A DNA stretch of 64,000 bases from an uncultured delta proteobacterium (GTDB lineage Bacteria > Desulfobacterota > Binatia > JACPRU01). The notes below the pieces were generated by a model. The model worked only from the letters and a program-made list of their open reading frames with translations, ran no database searches and was not told the origin of the DNA. Of the stretch, positions 51,938 to 63,128 are shown piece by piece; position 1 is the first letter of the stretch, and each line of letters starts with the position of its first letter. The position numbers were made by a program, and so were the translations under genes. Where the stretch lies: NCBI GenBank assembly GCA_963745025.1, contig CAVUWD010000017.1, positions 1-64,000 on the forward strand, written 5' to 3'.

Positions 51938-52315
51938 TTGAGGGCAAACCGAAAGACGATTCGACACCTTGACGGACTGGCTGCCGCGCTGCTGGCGGTG
52001 AGCTTGGTCGCTTGCGGATTGATCGACAACTGGAGCGGTGTGTCGGATGCGAAGGAGTTGCAGCAAACCGGACTCCCCGCGCGCGCGACCATTTTGAAGA
52101 TCTGGGATACCGGCATGACCGTCAACAACGATCCCGTAATCGGGCTGCGAGTCGAAGTGACGACGGAAGGCCGCGCGCCGTACATCGCAACGATCAAAAA
52201 GGCGCTGATCTCTCGGCTCGATGTTCCGCAGTTTCAGCCCGAAAGAGTGATTCCCGTTCGAGTAGATCCGAACGACCCACAACACGTGGCGATTGACTTC
52301 TACGCCTACCAGTAG
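51938..52315 (+). CDS. Hypothetical lipoprotein
   Basis: LVAC lipobox; DTGMTVNNDP...VRVDP.DP. Confidence 0.7.
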   Translation: MRANRKTIRHLDGLAAALLAVSLVACGLIDNWSGVSDAKELQQTGLPARATILKIWDTGMTVNNDPVIGLRVEVTTEGRAPYIATIKKALISRLDVPQFQPERVIPVRVDPNDPQHVAIDFYAYQ

Positions 52316-52446
52316 CCGTTGCGCGAAGTGCGCGAGCGTTCCCGCATCTGATGACGCTCGTTGCAAGCCCGAGATTCACGGAACGGTTTAAGGACGATTC
52401 TCGTTCAGAAATCGACGGGCGCCGGCAGCGGCACGCCCGATTGGGA

Positions 52447-52830
52447 TCAGTTGCCGCGTCGCGCGAGCCAAGCGCCCATCACGACGAGCATGATCGTCGG
52501 CGCGAACACGAGCGGTGTATCGATCAACCAGTGCGACGGCGGCAGTCGGCCCTCGACGATGTCGGCGACGTGCGTGATCGCATGGCCGCCGTAGAAGAGC
52601 GTGATGCCGACGAACACCGGCAAAGCACGCTCGAGATTCTGCGCACACCAACCGAAACCGATGCCGCAGACGCTGAACGCAACGCCGACGTCGCGCACCA
52701 GGTGCGGGTTGAACGGCCCCGTGTCGGGCACCGCAGCCGGCAGGCCGACGTACCAGCCCGCTGGGTCGAAGAGCATCCACAACCCGTTGGCAACGTTCGC
52801 GACCGCAAAGATCCAGAGCAGTGCGCTCAT
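52447..52830 (-). CDS. Hypothetical 4-TM membrane protein
   Basis: TGPFNPHLVRDVG motif; GAGG RBS. Confidence 0.75.
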   Translation of the reverse strand: MSALLWIFAVANVANGLWMLFDPAGWYVGLPAAVPDTGPFNPHLVRDVGVAFSVCGIGFGWCAQNLERALPVFVGITLFYGGHAITHVADIVEGRLPPSHWLIDTPLVFAPTIMLVVMGAWLARRGN

Positions 52831-53057
52831 GGCGAACCCTCCTCGAGGGCCTTGTGCCTAAAGAGAGGGCTTGCGCGCTAGAGGCTCCTCACACCCCCGC
52901 CTGACGCGCGGCGGTCGCGTCGAGGTCCGATCTAGCGGAAGAACCCTTCGCTGTTCTCTCTCTCGCGCGAGCCGCTGCGCTTGCGAGACGAGGTTCGAAG
53001 GGATTATCGGCAAGATGTTTCAGGCCCTGCAAAGCACATCGCAGCGGGGCGCTACCA

Positions 53058-53482
53058 ATGCGTTGCTCAAAGTGCGGCCGGGACAATCGAACCGGCCGAA
53101 AATACTGCGCTCACTGCGCCGCCAAGCTGGCGATCTTATGCGCCTCATGCGGAGCAGAGAATGAGCCGGGGGAGCTTTTCTGCGGAGAATGCGCAAAGCC
53201 GCTCCCTGAACCTGCGGAAGGTAGGGCACTACCGGAGCCGCGCAGCTACACCCCCAAGCACCTCGCAGAGAAGATCCTGACCTCGCGCGCCGCCCTCGAG
53301 GGCGAGCGCAAGCAGGTGACGGTGCTGTTCGCCGACGTGAAGGGCTCGATGGAGCTCGGCGAGAAGGTCGATCCAGAAGAGTGGTATCGGATCATGGACC
53401 GCTTCTTCCTAATCCTCTCCGACGGGGTGCACCGTTTCGAGGGGACGGTCGACAAGTTCACCGGCGATGGAATCATGGCGCT
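53058..53482 (+). pseudogene. DZR-cyclase N-terminal fragment, fused in frame to an IS91-like tail
   Basis: FADVKGS...TVDKFTGDGIMAL, then a junction. Confidence 0.85.
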
Positions 53483-53849
53483 GCTACGGCGGACCTTCGA
53501 GATCGACGTTCTTGCCTGCCCCGAGTGCGGCGGGCGGTTGCGTCTACTCGCCACCATCGAGGATCCGGCGGTGATCAGGAAGATCCTCTCTCACCTCGGT
53601 ATCGCGGCCGAACGTCCGCGCCCTGCGCCCGCGCGGCCGCCGGAGGCGACGGGATTCTTCGACTTCGGGAGTGATTGAGATACGGCCGAGCGGCACGGAG
53701 CTCAGGCGAGGGGCAGGATATTCTTTGACTCTGGCTCGCAGGCAGCGTCCGCACCCGGGGGGCCGCCCGTGAGCCGGGCGGCCCGACGCGGGCGGGGGAC
53801 GGCCGCCCGCCCGGCGCCGAGATTTTGCTGGACAGGTGCCTTGTGCGCC
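53483..53849 (+). mobile_element. IS91/ISCR-like transposase C-terminus and downstream hairpin-rich end
   Basis: LRRTFEIDVLACPECGGRLRLLATIEDPAVIRKILSHLG; hairpin GGGCCGCCCG/CGGGCGGCCC at 53760-53784. Confidence 0.75.
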
Positions 53850-53932
53850 CCGTAGAAACGGGGCGTCTCGTGTTTGGGCAGCGTCGGATATTGAGGCTTT
53901 ACGTCAGTCGGCCGCTTATCCCAGCTGTCCTC
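53850..53932 (+). repeat. Dispersed ~83-bp junction repeat, copy 5
   Basis: Same variant as copy 4. Confidence 0.95.
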
Positions 53933-54173
53933 ATATTACACCGGGATCGACCCGCTCACGAACAAGCCGGTCTACACCGCAACCGATTTGCGCGAGAAGA
54001 AGATGATGAAGGCCCTTCTCTACTATTGGGACAAGGACAACTGGCCGCTCGCTCGCGAAGCGCTGAAGAAAGCAGGGCGACGCGATCTCATTGGACGGTC
54101 ACCCAGCTGTCTGGTTCCACCGGATTGCAGCAGAGCGCCCTCGATGGCGCGGCAAGGACGGCAAGCACGATGA
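53933..54173 (+). pseudogene. C-terminal fragment of YgiQ-family radical SAM gene
   Basis: YYTGIDP...KALLYYWDKDNWPLAREALKKAGRRDLIG. Confidence 0.8.
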
Positions 54174-55144
54174 GCAAAGCATCCATCGAAGTCTGGTCTC
54201 AGCCCAAGGCAGCGGGAGCGCGCGCACGCCTCGCCATTGGAACGATGAACTTCGGCAAACGAACCGACGAACCTCTGGCCAAGCGCATCATCGCCCGAGC
54301 CGAGGAGCGTGGGCTCGACTTTCTCGACACCGCCAACATGTACAACGACGGCGAGTCCGAGCGCATCGTGGGGCGAGCCATCAAAGGGCGGCGCGACAAG
54401 TTCGTGGTGGCGTCCAAGGCGGGATACGGCCGCGTGAACGGCAAGGCCGAAGGTCTGTCGCAAGCGAGCCTGCTCGCCGCGTGCGATGCCAGCCTTTCGC
54501 GCCTCGGCACCGACTACATCGACATCTACTACCTGCACGCGCCCGATCCCAAGACGCCCATCGAAGACACGCTGGCTGCGATCCAGAAGCTCCTCGAGCT
54601 CGGAAAGATTCGAGCCTGGGGCATCTCCAACTACGCCTCGTGGCAGATCCTCGAGATGTTCCACGACTGCGAGAAGAATGGCCTGGTGCGCCCGGTCATC
54701 TCACAGGTGATCTACAACCTGCTCATTCGGCAGATCGAGCACGAGTACACCAGGTTCGCCGGCAAGTATTCGCTGCACACCACGGTCTACAATCCGCTCG
54801 CCGGCGGGCTTTTGTCCGGCAAATATCGGCCCGGCGCCGACGTTCTCAAGGGCTCGCGCTTCGATGACAACACTGTCTACCAGAAGCGCTATTGGTCGGA
54901 GAAGCTGCTCGAGCTCGTTGCCACTTACGAGGGCATGGCCCCCGAACGCAACCTCGTTGCGCTTGCCTACGCGTGGACGGCCCAGCGGACCGGCATCGAT
55001 TCGATCCTGGTGGGACCGGCGTCGATCGAGCACCTCGACGCGGCGATCGACGGTGCTATGCGCGAGCTCTCACCCGAGCTGATGAAGAAGATCGACGATG
55101 CGCACCACGGGTACCTCGGCACCGACGCCAACTACGCGAGGTAA
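54170..55144 (+). CDS. Aldo/keto reductase
   Basis: IGTMNFG, DTANMY, SL.RLGTDYIDIYYLH and YNPLAGGLLSGKY motifs. Confidence 0.92.
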   Translation: MSKASIEVWSQPKAAGARARLAIGTMNFGKRTDEPLAKRIIARAEERGLDFLDTANMYNDGESERIVGRAIKGRRDKFVVASKAGYGRVNGKAEGLSQASLLAACDASLSRLGTDYIDIYYLHAPDPKTPIEDTLAAIQKLLELGKIRAWGISNYASWQILEMFHDCEKNGLVRPVISQVIYNLLIRQIEHEYTRFAGKYSLHTTVYNPLAGGLLSGKYRPGADVLKGSRFDDNTVYQKRYWSEKLLELVATYEGMAPERNLVALAYAWTAQRTGIDSILVGPASIEHLDAAIDGAMRELSPELMKKIDDAHHGYLGTDANYAR

Positions 55145-55146
55145 CC

Positions 55147-55330
55147 TTGCTCTCGGTGGATGAGACCTTCGATCTCGAGCCGGCGCTCGCGCACTTCTGG
55201 GAGCATGGGTACGCGCGCCTCGGCCGCGTGATGAACGACGACACCTTGCAAGCGCTCCGCACGCGCGCCGACGACATCATGCTCGGGCGCGTCACTTACC
55301 CGGGTCTCTTCTTTCAGAAGGGCACCGAGA
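55147..55330 (+). pseudogene. Phytanoyl-CoA dioxygenase-like 5' fragment truncated by repeat copy 6
   Basis: HFWEHGYARLGRV...LR.RADDIM. Confidence 0.6.
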
Positions 55331-55412
55331 CCGTAGAAACGGGGCGTCTCGTGTTTGGGCAGCGTCGGATATTGAGGCTTTACGTCAGTCGCCGCTTATC
55401 CCAGCTATCCTC
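55331..55412 (+). repeat. Dispersed ~83-bp junction repeat, copy 6 (82 bp)
   Basis: Shares the 1-bp deletion of copy 2. Confidence 0.95.
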
Positions 55413-55624
55413 TCGAAATAAAACTCCTGCATCGCACTCTCCTTCCGACGGCATGGAAGCGCCGTCGCGCAGAAGAGTGCCCGGCTGGATGGATTATGCG
55501 AAGTCGAGCCCGGCTCGCAAGCGATGCCACGCCTCCGAAACCCTTCGATGTCTCCCGCCGTGATGCTGAGGTACTCCGCATATTCCCGCACTCCGCATAT
55601 GCGCGGCTATGCTGTGCACAGCAT

Positions 55625-55765
55625 AGGCGGGGCTTCTGTCCATCGTGCTGCGGCCGCAGGATGGCCGAGCTCGCCGCTCACCTGGCTGATCGCGTCCTCG
55701 GCGGCCTCCCCGTGCGGCAGTGGGTCCTCACCCTCCCGCACCGGCTTCGCTATGCGCTCGCCCTC
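55625..55765 (+). mobile_element. IS91-family transposase zinc-binding fragment
   Basis: RRGFCPSC.GRRMAE.AAHL.DRV...PVRQWVLTLP..LRY. Confidence 0.75.
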
Positions 55766-55889
55766 AGCTCATCGTCGAAGTCCTGTAGTCGGTGGCGACC
55801 CGGGCTTTGCAAAATTCAGTCTTTCGCCCGCTCGATGCCCGCTGATATCATCGCGGCGAAAACGGATCATCACCGACGAGAGGTGGTCG

Positions 55890-57710
55890 ATGAAACCACG
55901 GACGATCGGTCTCGCAATATCCGTGTCGCTGCTCTGCATGACCGCGGCTGCGACGGCGCAGCCCGTGCTCACGGATCCCAACCTGACGGTGGAAACGGTC
56001 GTGACCGGCCTGTCCACGCCGACGACGATGGCGTTCGTCGGCCCGAACGACATCCTCGTATTGCAGAAGAACGACGGCCAGGTGCGCCGCGTGCTGAACG
56101 GCGTCGTGCAATCGACGGTCGCCCTCGACGTGGCGGTCTCGAACGACAGCGAGCGCGGCCTCCTCGGCATCGCCGTCAACTCGGAAAATCCGCCGAAGGT
56201 GTTCCTGTATTACACGGAGTCGACGGTCGACGGCGGCACGCCGCTCGGCAACCGGCTCTACCGCTATGACTGGAACTCGGCGACGGGGCTGCTCACCAAC
56301 CCGTTGCTGATCCGCGATTTCCCGGTGACGCCCGGCCCGAATCACGACGCGGGGATGGTGCTGCTCGGACCGCCGGAGAGCGGTCTTCCCGGCGACGGCC
56401 GACCGCTCTACGTGATCGTCGGCGAGCTCAACCGCAACGGCCAGCTGCAGAACAATTCGACCGGAGCGGCACCCGACGACACGGGCGTCATCCTGCGGCT
56501 GCGACAAGACGGGACGGCTCATCCGTTGAACCCCCTTTTCCCGTACTGCAGCACCTCCACCACGACGACGTGCACGAACGACGCGGGCTGTCCGAGCGGG
56601 CAGACCTGCATCACCAAGGTCGCGAGCTACTTCGCGTACGGCGTGCGCAACTCCTTCGGCCTGACGATCGATCCCGTGACCGCCAAGCTGTGGGACACGG
56701 AGAACGGCCCGAGCTCGTACGACGAGGTCAATCTGGTCGAAGCGGGATTCAACAGCGGCTGGAACAAGATCCAGGGTCCGCTGTCGCGCAATTCGAACGG
56801 TCTGAGCACGCTCTTCGACATGCCCGGGAGCGCTGACAGCTATTCGGATCCCGAGTACTCGTGGCTCACGCCCGTCGCGCCGGCGGCGATCATTTTCCCG
56901 GCGGGCAGCACCATGGGAGCCGCCTACGACAACGTCGCGCTCGTCGGCGACTACAACGTCGGCCAAATCTACAGCTTGCCGCTGAACGCCACGCGCACGG
57001 GCTTCATTTTGACCGGCGGATTGGCGGATCTCGTCGCGGACAACAGCACGGAGCGCGATCAGGTGAAGCTCGGCTCCGGCTTCGGCGGCGCGACCGACAT
57101 GGACATCGGGCCCGACGGCGCGCTGTACGTGCTGTCGATCGGCAACGGTGCGATCTACCGCATCCGTGCGGCCGCCGGCACACCGACACCAACGAATACC
57201 GCGACCCGTACGCCGACGAACACCCCGACGCGTACATCGACCCCGACCAACACGCCGACCAACACGCCCACGAATACGCCGACGAGCGGACCGACGAGCA
57301 CCCCGGCCAACACGCCGACGAACACCCCGACCCGTACACCGACGAATACGCCGACCAACACGCCGACGCCGTCGACCGTGCACGTCGGCGACCTCGATCG
57401 CAGCGCGGTGCTCCAGGGATCGCGCTGGCGCGCCACGGTGACGATCACCGTTCACGACGCGACCAACGCCCCGGTTTCTGGCGCCGCGGTGAGCGGCACG
57501 TGGAGCGGCGGGGTATCCGCGTCCGGCTCGTGCGCGACCGGCCCGGCCGGCGGCTGCGGCGTGACGAGCCCGGCGATCCACAAAAAGAACCCGTCCGTGA
57601 CGTGGACCGTCGGCGGTGTGTCGGCGGCCGGGAAGGTATACCAGCCGAGCGCGAACCACGACCCGGATGGCGACAGCAACGGCACCACGATCACCGTTCC
57701 CAGGCCCTGA
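55890..57710 (+). CDS. Secreted glucose/sorbosone dehydrogenase (PQQ-type propeller) with Pro/Thr linker and C-terminal beta domain
   Basis: Signal peptide; [26 protein letters not shown] and IGPDGALYV motifs. Confidence 0.88.
   Translation: MKPRTIGLAISVSLLCMTAAATAQPVLTDPNLTVETVVTGLSTPTTMAFVGPNDILVLQKNDGQVRRVLNGVVQSTVALDVAVSNDSERGLLGIAVNSENPPKVFLYYTESTVDGGTPLGNRLYRYDWNSATGLLTNPLLIRDFPVTPGPNHDAGMVLLGPPESGLPGDGRPLYVIVGELNRNGQLQNNSTGAAPDDTGVILRLRQDGTAHPLNPLFPYCSTSTTTTCTNDAGCPSGQTCITKVASYFAYGVRNSFGLTIDPVTAKLWDTENGPSSYDEVNLVEAGFNSGWNKIQGPLSRNSNGLSTLFDMPGSADSYSDPEYSWLTPVAPAAIIFPAGSTMGAAYDNVALVGDYNVGQIYSLPLNATRTGFILTGGLADLVADNSTERDQVKLGSGFGGATDMDIGPDGALYVLSIGNGAIYRIRAAAGTPTPTNTATRTPTNTPTRTSTPTNTPTNTPTNTPTSGPTSTPANTPTNTPTRTPTNTPTNTPTPSTVHVGDLDRSAVLQGSRWRATVTITVHDATNAPVSGAAVSGTWSGGVSASGSCATGPAGGCGVTSPAIHKKNPSVTWTVGGVSAAGKVYQPSANHDPDGDSNGTTITVPRP
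57178..57375 (+). repeat. Coding (TPTN)n 12-bp degenerate tandem repeat
   Basis: ACGCCGACCAAC-type units. Confidence 0.85.
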
Positions 57711-57745
57711 GCGTTAACGCCGCCTGGCGGAGCGAGAATCGCCCG

Positions 57746-58275
57746 TCAAGGCGTCCGTAGAGCGGGAAAGCGGCGGTGCGGAAGGGCGCGCTCGAACGTC
57801 GAGACGGCCTTCGCGGCATCCCCAAGATGATCGGGGGTCTTGGCCTTCCCCGTCACCATCGCCTCCCACAGGAAGAGACCGGCGCTTGCTCCGTCGAACG
57901 CCGACCACGACAGGAAGACCGGCGGCTCTTTCGTCGGAAGCAGCTCTCGGATTCGGCGAAGGACCCACGTCGTCTGCGCTAAGGCAGTCGCGAGCACCGT
58001 CGCCCCCGCGCTGGCCGACCACGGGCGGCCGTGCTCTCCCTTGCGGGCTTCCCAAGGCGGTCGGCATCGCCCGGCAACGGAATCCAGAGCGGCGCCTCGA
58101 AGCCAAGCGCTACGGCTCCTTCCTTGTTGAGCTGGTCCGCAACGAAACGCGCGAGCCCCTCTGGCGATGTTCGTTCGGTCGGTCGCGGTCCCGAGCAGGA
58201 CCACGCAAAGTTACCGGCGCCTATCGAGCCTATGTCGGCACAAACGACAACGAGGGACTTCTCCTTCGCGCTCAC
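57746..58275 (-). pseudogene. Hypothetical protein (possible RNase H-like fold), frameshifted
   Basis: ADIGS..GNFAW, VALGFEAPL / LWEAMVTG...HLGDA. Confidence 0.5.
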
Positions 58276-58546
58276 CGCTCCTCCGACATCGAAATGCTAC
58301 CCGGAGGTCACAGCCGGGGCTGGACCCACGCCGGCAGGAAGCCGACCCGCTCTAGATGGAACGCAGGAAAGATCGGCGTTCCCGGCATCGCTGGATTGCA
58401 GAGGTTTGCATGCTCCCGCACGAGAATTGGGAGCACAATGGGAACACCCGCCGAGGGGGAAGTGGGCTCTACCGAGAGGCACGAGGGCGAACAGGGCGAG
58501 CACGGCGGCAGGTGGAAGCGCCTCACTGTTCGCACGCGCCGACTTC

Positions 58547-59074
58547 CTAGCGTCTAAAGAAAACGACCGGCGGCGGACCTGCCGGACCCTGGATGAACCC
58601 GCCCCGAAACCTTGGGGCGAAAACGTGCCTCCGATGCGGGCGCATGCGGACGGGGAAGACGGGTCCGAAGAAGGGCAACATCGTGGCGAGCTGTGGCTGT
58701 GTCATGATTTCCACGTTCTGAACGACCGAGCCGATCGATACGCCCACCGGCGCCGGCTGCGCTGCCATCGCGCTCTGGCGCCCTTCCCAAAAACCCCGCT
58801 CGAAGCTCGTAGGGCCGGCCTCGATAATCACCACGCTCGGCACCACAGGCGGGTCGGGTGCCGGCGCAGGCGACACACTTTCCGCTGGCGCCGGCCGTTT
58901 CCAATCTTTCACGAATGTAACGACACTCTCGCGATACTCGCTAGGCACATTACCGAGGTTGTCCACGAAGTGGGTGACGCCTTCCGTGTCGCGCCACGCG
59001 AAGATGGCCGCTTGCGTAGGGGCGGACAGGGCGAGCATCGTCGCCAACACGCCCATGAACACGACGCGGGGCAC
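58547..59074 (-). CDS. DUF4124 domain secreted protein
   Basis: IFAWRDTEGVTHFVDNLGNVPSEYR. Confidence 0.75.
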   Translation of the reverse strand: MPRVVFMGVLATMLALSAPTQAAIFAWRDTEGVTHFVDNLGNVPSEYRESVVTFVKDWKRPAPAESVSPAPAPDPPVVPSVVIIEAGPTSFERGFWEGRQSAMAAQPAPVGVSIGSVVQNVEIMTQPQLATMLPFFGPVFPVRMRPHRRHVFAPRFRGGFIQGPAGPPPVVFFRR

Positions 59075-59402
59075 GATGGGTCAAGGCGCTTGTGCTCGGC
59101 GGAGCCGCGACCCGTTACGTATCGGCCCGCTCTGGCCACGAATCACCGAGCTGGGGGCGGTCGCCGTGCGTCCACGCGCTTGATGCACGCGGCCACGGCC
59201 GCCACGACTTGCTTATCCAGTGGTTCACTCGCGAGCAGCGGGCGATTTTGCAGAGAAGTCTGCGGACAACTCGTCTTCGGCCAGGGGCGACGATAGCAGG
59301 CTTCCGCAAAGCTCCGTTCGAGAAAGGGGGCAAAAACGGGGCAAGCGACGACCGCCCCAGGCCGCAGACGATCGAGCTAGCGGCGCGACGTTACGGGTGT
59401 CG

Positions 59403-59594
59403 CTACTTCCGGCGGGGAAGGTCCAGCACCTGCTCTTTTACTTTGTCCACGAGCTTCACGGCGATTTCGACGGATTGCGCAATCGCGTCCGGCCCTGTGC
59501 CACCGATTCCGAGGCGGCCGGCACTCGCTGCGAGCAATCGAGACGCGACTCCGAGCACCGCCTGGAACCTAGGATTCGTTTCATCGACAGCCAT
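59403..59594 (-). CDS. Small hypothetical protein
   Basis: GGGAGG RBS before MAVDETNP. Confidence 0.5.
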   Translation of the reverse strand: MAVDETNPRFQAVLGVASRLLAASAGRLGIGGTGPDAIAQSVEIAVKLVDKVKEQVLDLPRRK

Positions 59595-59811
59595 AAGTGG
59601 AACCTCCCGGTCACAAACGCTACGCGAGTCAGTTTCATCCGCGCAACCAGCACTCGCGACCACCAAACGTGGCGCTCGATGGCGTCGTGCTTTGCCCCTA
59701 GGAGCACAGGACTGCTAGTGCTGAGGATGCTCGCGAGCGCTTGCGCCGCATGCTTTGCGGAGCCCTGCCCCGTTTCTGCCCCCGTTGCGACATGGAGGCG
59801 TTAGCCGGAGG

Positions 59812-60015
59812 TCACAGCCAGGGCCGGACCCATGCTGGCAGGAAGCCGACCTGCTCTGGATGGAACGCTGCCCACCGCTTCAGGATGTCGTGCTCCGCTT
59901 CCTCGCTGGCGATCACCCACGACTCGCGTCGGTCCCGCCCGCTGGGTCGGACGCTGATCCGGGTGAGCCCGTCCGGGCCGGCCTTCATCGTCCAGAACTC
60001 GAAGTCGTCGGTCAC
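59812..60015 (-). CDS. Small hypothetical protein (paralogous 3' end at 58301-58364)
   Basis: ...AFHPEQVGFLPAWVRPWL*. Confidence 0.5.
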   Translation of the reverse strand: MTDDFEFWTMKAGPDGLTRISVRPSGRDRRESWVIASEEAEHDILKRWAAFHPEQVGFLPAWVRPWL

Positions 60016-60367
60016 CGCAGTTCTTTACCATCGCGGGCCGCCAGCCGCCCAGCAGCGGGGCCGCGAGGCGCTCCCGTCGGTGGGGAGTAACTCAGACGTG
60101 ACCGGGATCGCGATGGCGGGGATAGGCTCGGCCACGCTCGCGCGGTGTTGTTCGGCGCCATGTACGGCGAAAGTAAGCGCGTGCTTCGATTCGCTTCCCG
60201 AGGTCACGGTGGCAGCCGGCGCCGGCAGTCGCCCGCGCTGGGCTCGGCTGCACTCGACGACATTCCGAGCGGCGGACGCAGCTTAGCGACAACCGCCGGC
60301 CCCGCCTGGCGATACGCTGGCGGCAATGGTGGTTGTCTAAGTAGTAGACCACACGAATGGAGCCGCG

Positions 60368-60580
60368 GTGGGACACGCACGCTACGACGAGCTTCGAGAC
60401 CTTGAGGACATCTTCGCAGTAATCCGTGCGTTGCCCGGAATCTCCGAGCCCACGGCGGGGACCTTCTACCTTCGCCGCAAGCCCTTCCTTCACTTCCACA
60501 CCAAGAACGGCGCGCGCTGGGCTGACGCAAAAGCAGGGGCGTCATGGGGAGCCGAGATCCCGATCCCGTTGCACTGTGCC
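60368..60580 (+). pseudogene. Hypothetical protein, 3'-truncated
   Basis: GTFYLRRKPFLHFH motif. Confidence 0.5.
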
Positions 60581-61088
60581 CCGCGCGTGCCGGCGCCCAG
60601 GCAGGGGTCGTGCCGGCCGCGCCGCAGACCACAATCGACGCCCTCGAAGCCGCGATCGTGCGTGCGGTCCCAGCTAACTTCCGGGAGTCAAAGCCTGAGG
60701 CGATGGTAAGGGGCGAGGCGAAGGCGAAGACGGGCGATCGATTCCCGGCTGCCGATCCGCGTCGCTGCCGCCGCTCGTGTCAAGATTCTTGGTGTCGCCA
60801 ACGAAGGTGCTACCCGGTGGCGGGCTCTCCCCAAAATAGAGGCCCCCTCCGGGAGTGCGCCACTTGTGGACACTCTGCGCCAGCAAAGGCTGCGTCATTG
60901 CAATCGCAACAAGAGCTGCGGTTAACACGAGTCGCCCACGCAGGCGCATTTGAAAAGAACCCACCGTCAGGGCTCGGATCAAGCGGTTCCGCCGTCTAGC
61001 GACCGGCGGTTGCCGGTAGGCGCCGTCGCTGACAAGCAGGCGTTGGATTTCACTTGGCGTCCGTACTCGCGTTTTCAAGACCGAAAGA

Positions 61089-61171
61089 CCGTAGAAACGG
61101 GGCGTCTCGTGTTTGGGCAGCGTCGGATATTGAGGCTTTACGTCAGTCGGCCGCTCATCCCACCTATCCTC
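61089..61171 (+). repeat. Dispersed ~83-bp junction repeat, copy 7
   Basis: Two substitutions (CTCATCCCACCTATCCTC). Confidence 0.95.
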
Positions 61172-61205
61172 CGGTCAAGGTCGCGCAGAGGCCAAGCCCA
61201 AGGTA

Positions 61206-61553
61206 CTAGCGAGGCGTGGTGTTTCCCATTCGATCGACGTGCGCCGCCCATTCCTCGAGCGACTGGAAGGTGCCGACGATGTTGTCGCCTTCGAAGTAGT
61301 GATACCAATCGTGGCTCTCCGATCCTTCCGCCACGGCTTCGACACTGGCCGCATCAGGACATTCGAAAAATGCCATACCATCCCAATCGCCGAAGCCTCG
61401 ACATCGGTAAATCCCAATGAGCTTTACGCCGCGTGCGGACAGCGTCGCGACATTTTCACGAATGCCATCAAGAAACGCCGCCTTCTGCTCCTTGGTGAGG
61501 TCGTACCAATTGTCGCGCGGCTTCCAGAACTCGACCAATCCATACTTTGCCAT
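61206..61553 (-). CDS. Small ferredoxin-like-fold hypothetical protein (DUF6616-like)
   Basis: VEFWKPRDNWYDL...DWYHYFE; GGAGG RBS. Confidence 0.65.
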   Translation of the reverse strand: MAKYGLVEFWKPRDNWYDLTKEQKAAFLDGIRENVATLSARGVKLIGIYRCRGFGDWDGMAFFECPDAASVEAVAEGSESHDWYHYFEGDNIVGTFQSLEEWAAHVDRMGNTTPR

Positions 61554-61977
61554 GCTGATCACCTCCGACCGAATTGCTCGCTACACCTCGTGCCCGGTCG
61601 TTAACAAATGCCAATCACGGAAAGCAAATTGTCACCCATAGGCCACTCCCGCTCGGTGGTGGAGAGTTTCTTCAGGCGGTCGATCGCTAACATGTATTCA
61701 AAAAGGTGAATCGGTACGAGGCTCTTCCACTTTTCAGATAGTGCGTCAAGGATACCGACGGGCTGTTCTGGTGTGAGTTTGAGGGTGCTCGCTCCGTCGT
61801 CCAGCGACCCCAATAGTGAGGTTGTTCGGAAGAGAGAATCGAAGGCTGACCGTCACACGCAGGTGAGCTCGAGCGGCACGTCGTGCAAGGACACTGCATC
61901 GTCCTTCGTGACTTCCTTGCATGTTCACGACCCGTCCTGTTCTAAGGTGACGTAGCACGCGAAAATAGGAGATTTCG

Positions 61978-62991
61978 ATGAGCAACGAACTTCCGCCACC
62001 AGCGCGAATGCTTCAACTCATCACGGGCTTATGGGTAAGCCAAGCCGTCGGAACCGCCGCTCGACTGGGCGTCGCCGATCAGCTTGCGGAGCGCCCGAAG
62101 AACAGCAGTGAAGTCGCTGAGGCCGTAGGTGCCGATCCACACGCCCTCTTCCGCCTGATGCGCATGCTAGCGAGCATCGGTGTCTTCACGATGGACGAGC
62201 AGGGGCGCTTTGGGCTCACGCCGTTGGGCGAAACATTACGCTCTGGCGTCCCCGGTTCGGTCAAGAACTTCGCCGTTGCTGAAACAACGCCGGGGCATTG
62301 GCTGCCTTGGGGAGAGATGTACGAGGGAATCAAGACCGGCAAGCCGAGGTGCAAACCAGCCCTCGGCATGGAGCTCTGGGATTGGTACTCGAAGAATCCC
62401 GAAGAAGGCGAGTATTTCAATCGGGCGATGGGCGACCTCTCGGCGGCCGTCTCAGACGACGTAGTACGCATCTATGACTTCGCCAAGTTTCAGAAGGTGA
62501 TGGATGTCGGTGGAGCGCACGGCATCCTTCTCGCCGCGATACTGAGGGCAAACCCCAAGATGCGAGGCATTCTGTTCGATTTGCCACGCGTCACTGCGAC
62601 CGCAAGGGAGTCGCTCGAGACTCAGGGAATCGCCCAACGATGCGAGGTGGTCACCGGCGACTTCCTTGAGGGCGTTCCATCTGGCGCTGATATCCATGTG
62701 CTCAAGCAGGTCATCCACGACTGGAGCGACAAGGAGTGCACGACAATCCTCCGGAACTGCCATAAGGCATTGAAGCCGGGAGGCAAGCTTCTCTTGGTTG
62801 AAATGGTCATCCCACCAGATAACTCGCCGAGCATGGCGCAGGCGATGGATCTGAACATGCTCGTCTTGCTGACCGGCAGAGAACGCACCGAATCGGAGTA
62901 TCGAGCCCTGCTGGCAGCGGGAGGCTTCAAGATTGAGCGGGTCATTCCTACCCACACGGGGTTCAGCGTCATCGAGGCGTCACGGGTTTAG
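61978..62991 (+). CDS. O-methyltransferase with dimerisation domain
   Basis: MDVGGAHG, LFDLP, GDFL, KQVIHDWSD and GRERT motifs. Confidence 0.93.
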   Translation: MSNELPPPARMLQLITGLWVSQAVGTAARLGVADQLAERPKNSSEVAEAVGADPHALFRLMRMLASIGVFTMDEQGRFGLTPLGETLRSGVPGSVKNFAVAETTPGHWLPWGEMYEGIKTGKPRCKPALGMELWDWYSKNPEEGEYFNRAMGDLSAAVSDDVVRIYDFAKFQKVMDVGGAHGILLAAILRANPKMRGILFDLPRVTATARESLETQGIAQRCEVVTGDFLEGVPSGADIHVLKQVIHDWSDKECTTILRNCHKALKPGGKLLLVEMVIPPDNSPSMAQAMDLNMLVLLTGRERTESEYRALLAAGGFKIERVIPTHTGFSVIEASRV

Positions 62992-63128
62992 AGCCTATCC
63001 CGGTAGGCCAATGGCCCTCCACGCAATTACGGCACATGCGAGGTGCAGCATCGCGAGGTAGTTCTTAGGCTTCTTCTCCCAGCGAATGTTGATGCGACGA
63101 AAGCGATTCATCCAACTATGCGAGCGTT
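62991..63128 (-). mobile_element. IS5-family 3' end (transposase C-terminus plus IR), cut by repeat copy 8
   Basis: ERSHSWMNRFRRINIRWEKK..NYLAMLHLACA; end GGGATAGGCTC-TA; similar end at 18408-18418. Confidence 0.75.

Noticed and set aside
58301-59868. 64-bp duplication (58301-58364 / 59805-59868) as a mobile repeat
   Set aside because: Explained as 3' ends of paralogous small genes (...GFLPAWVxPxL*)
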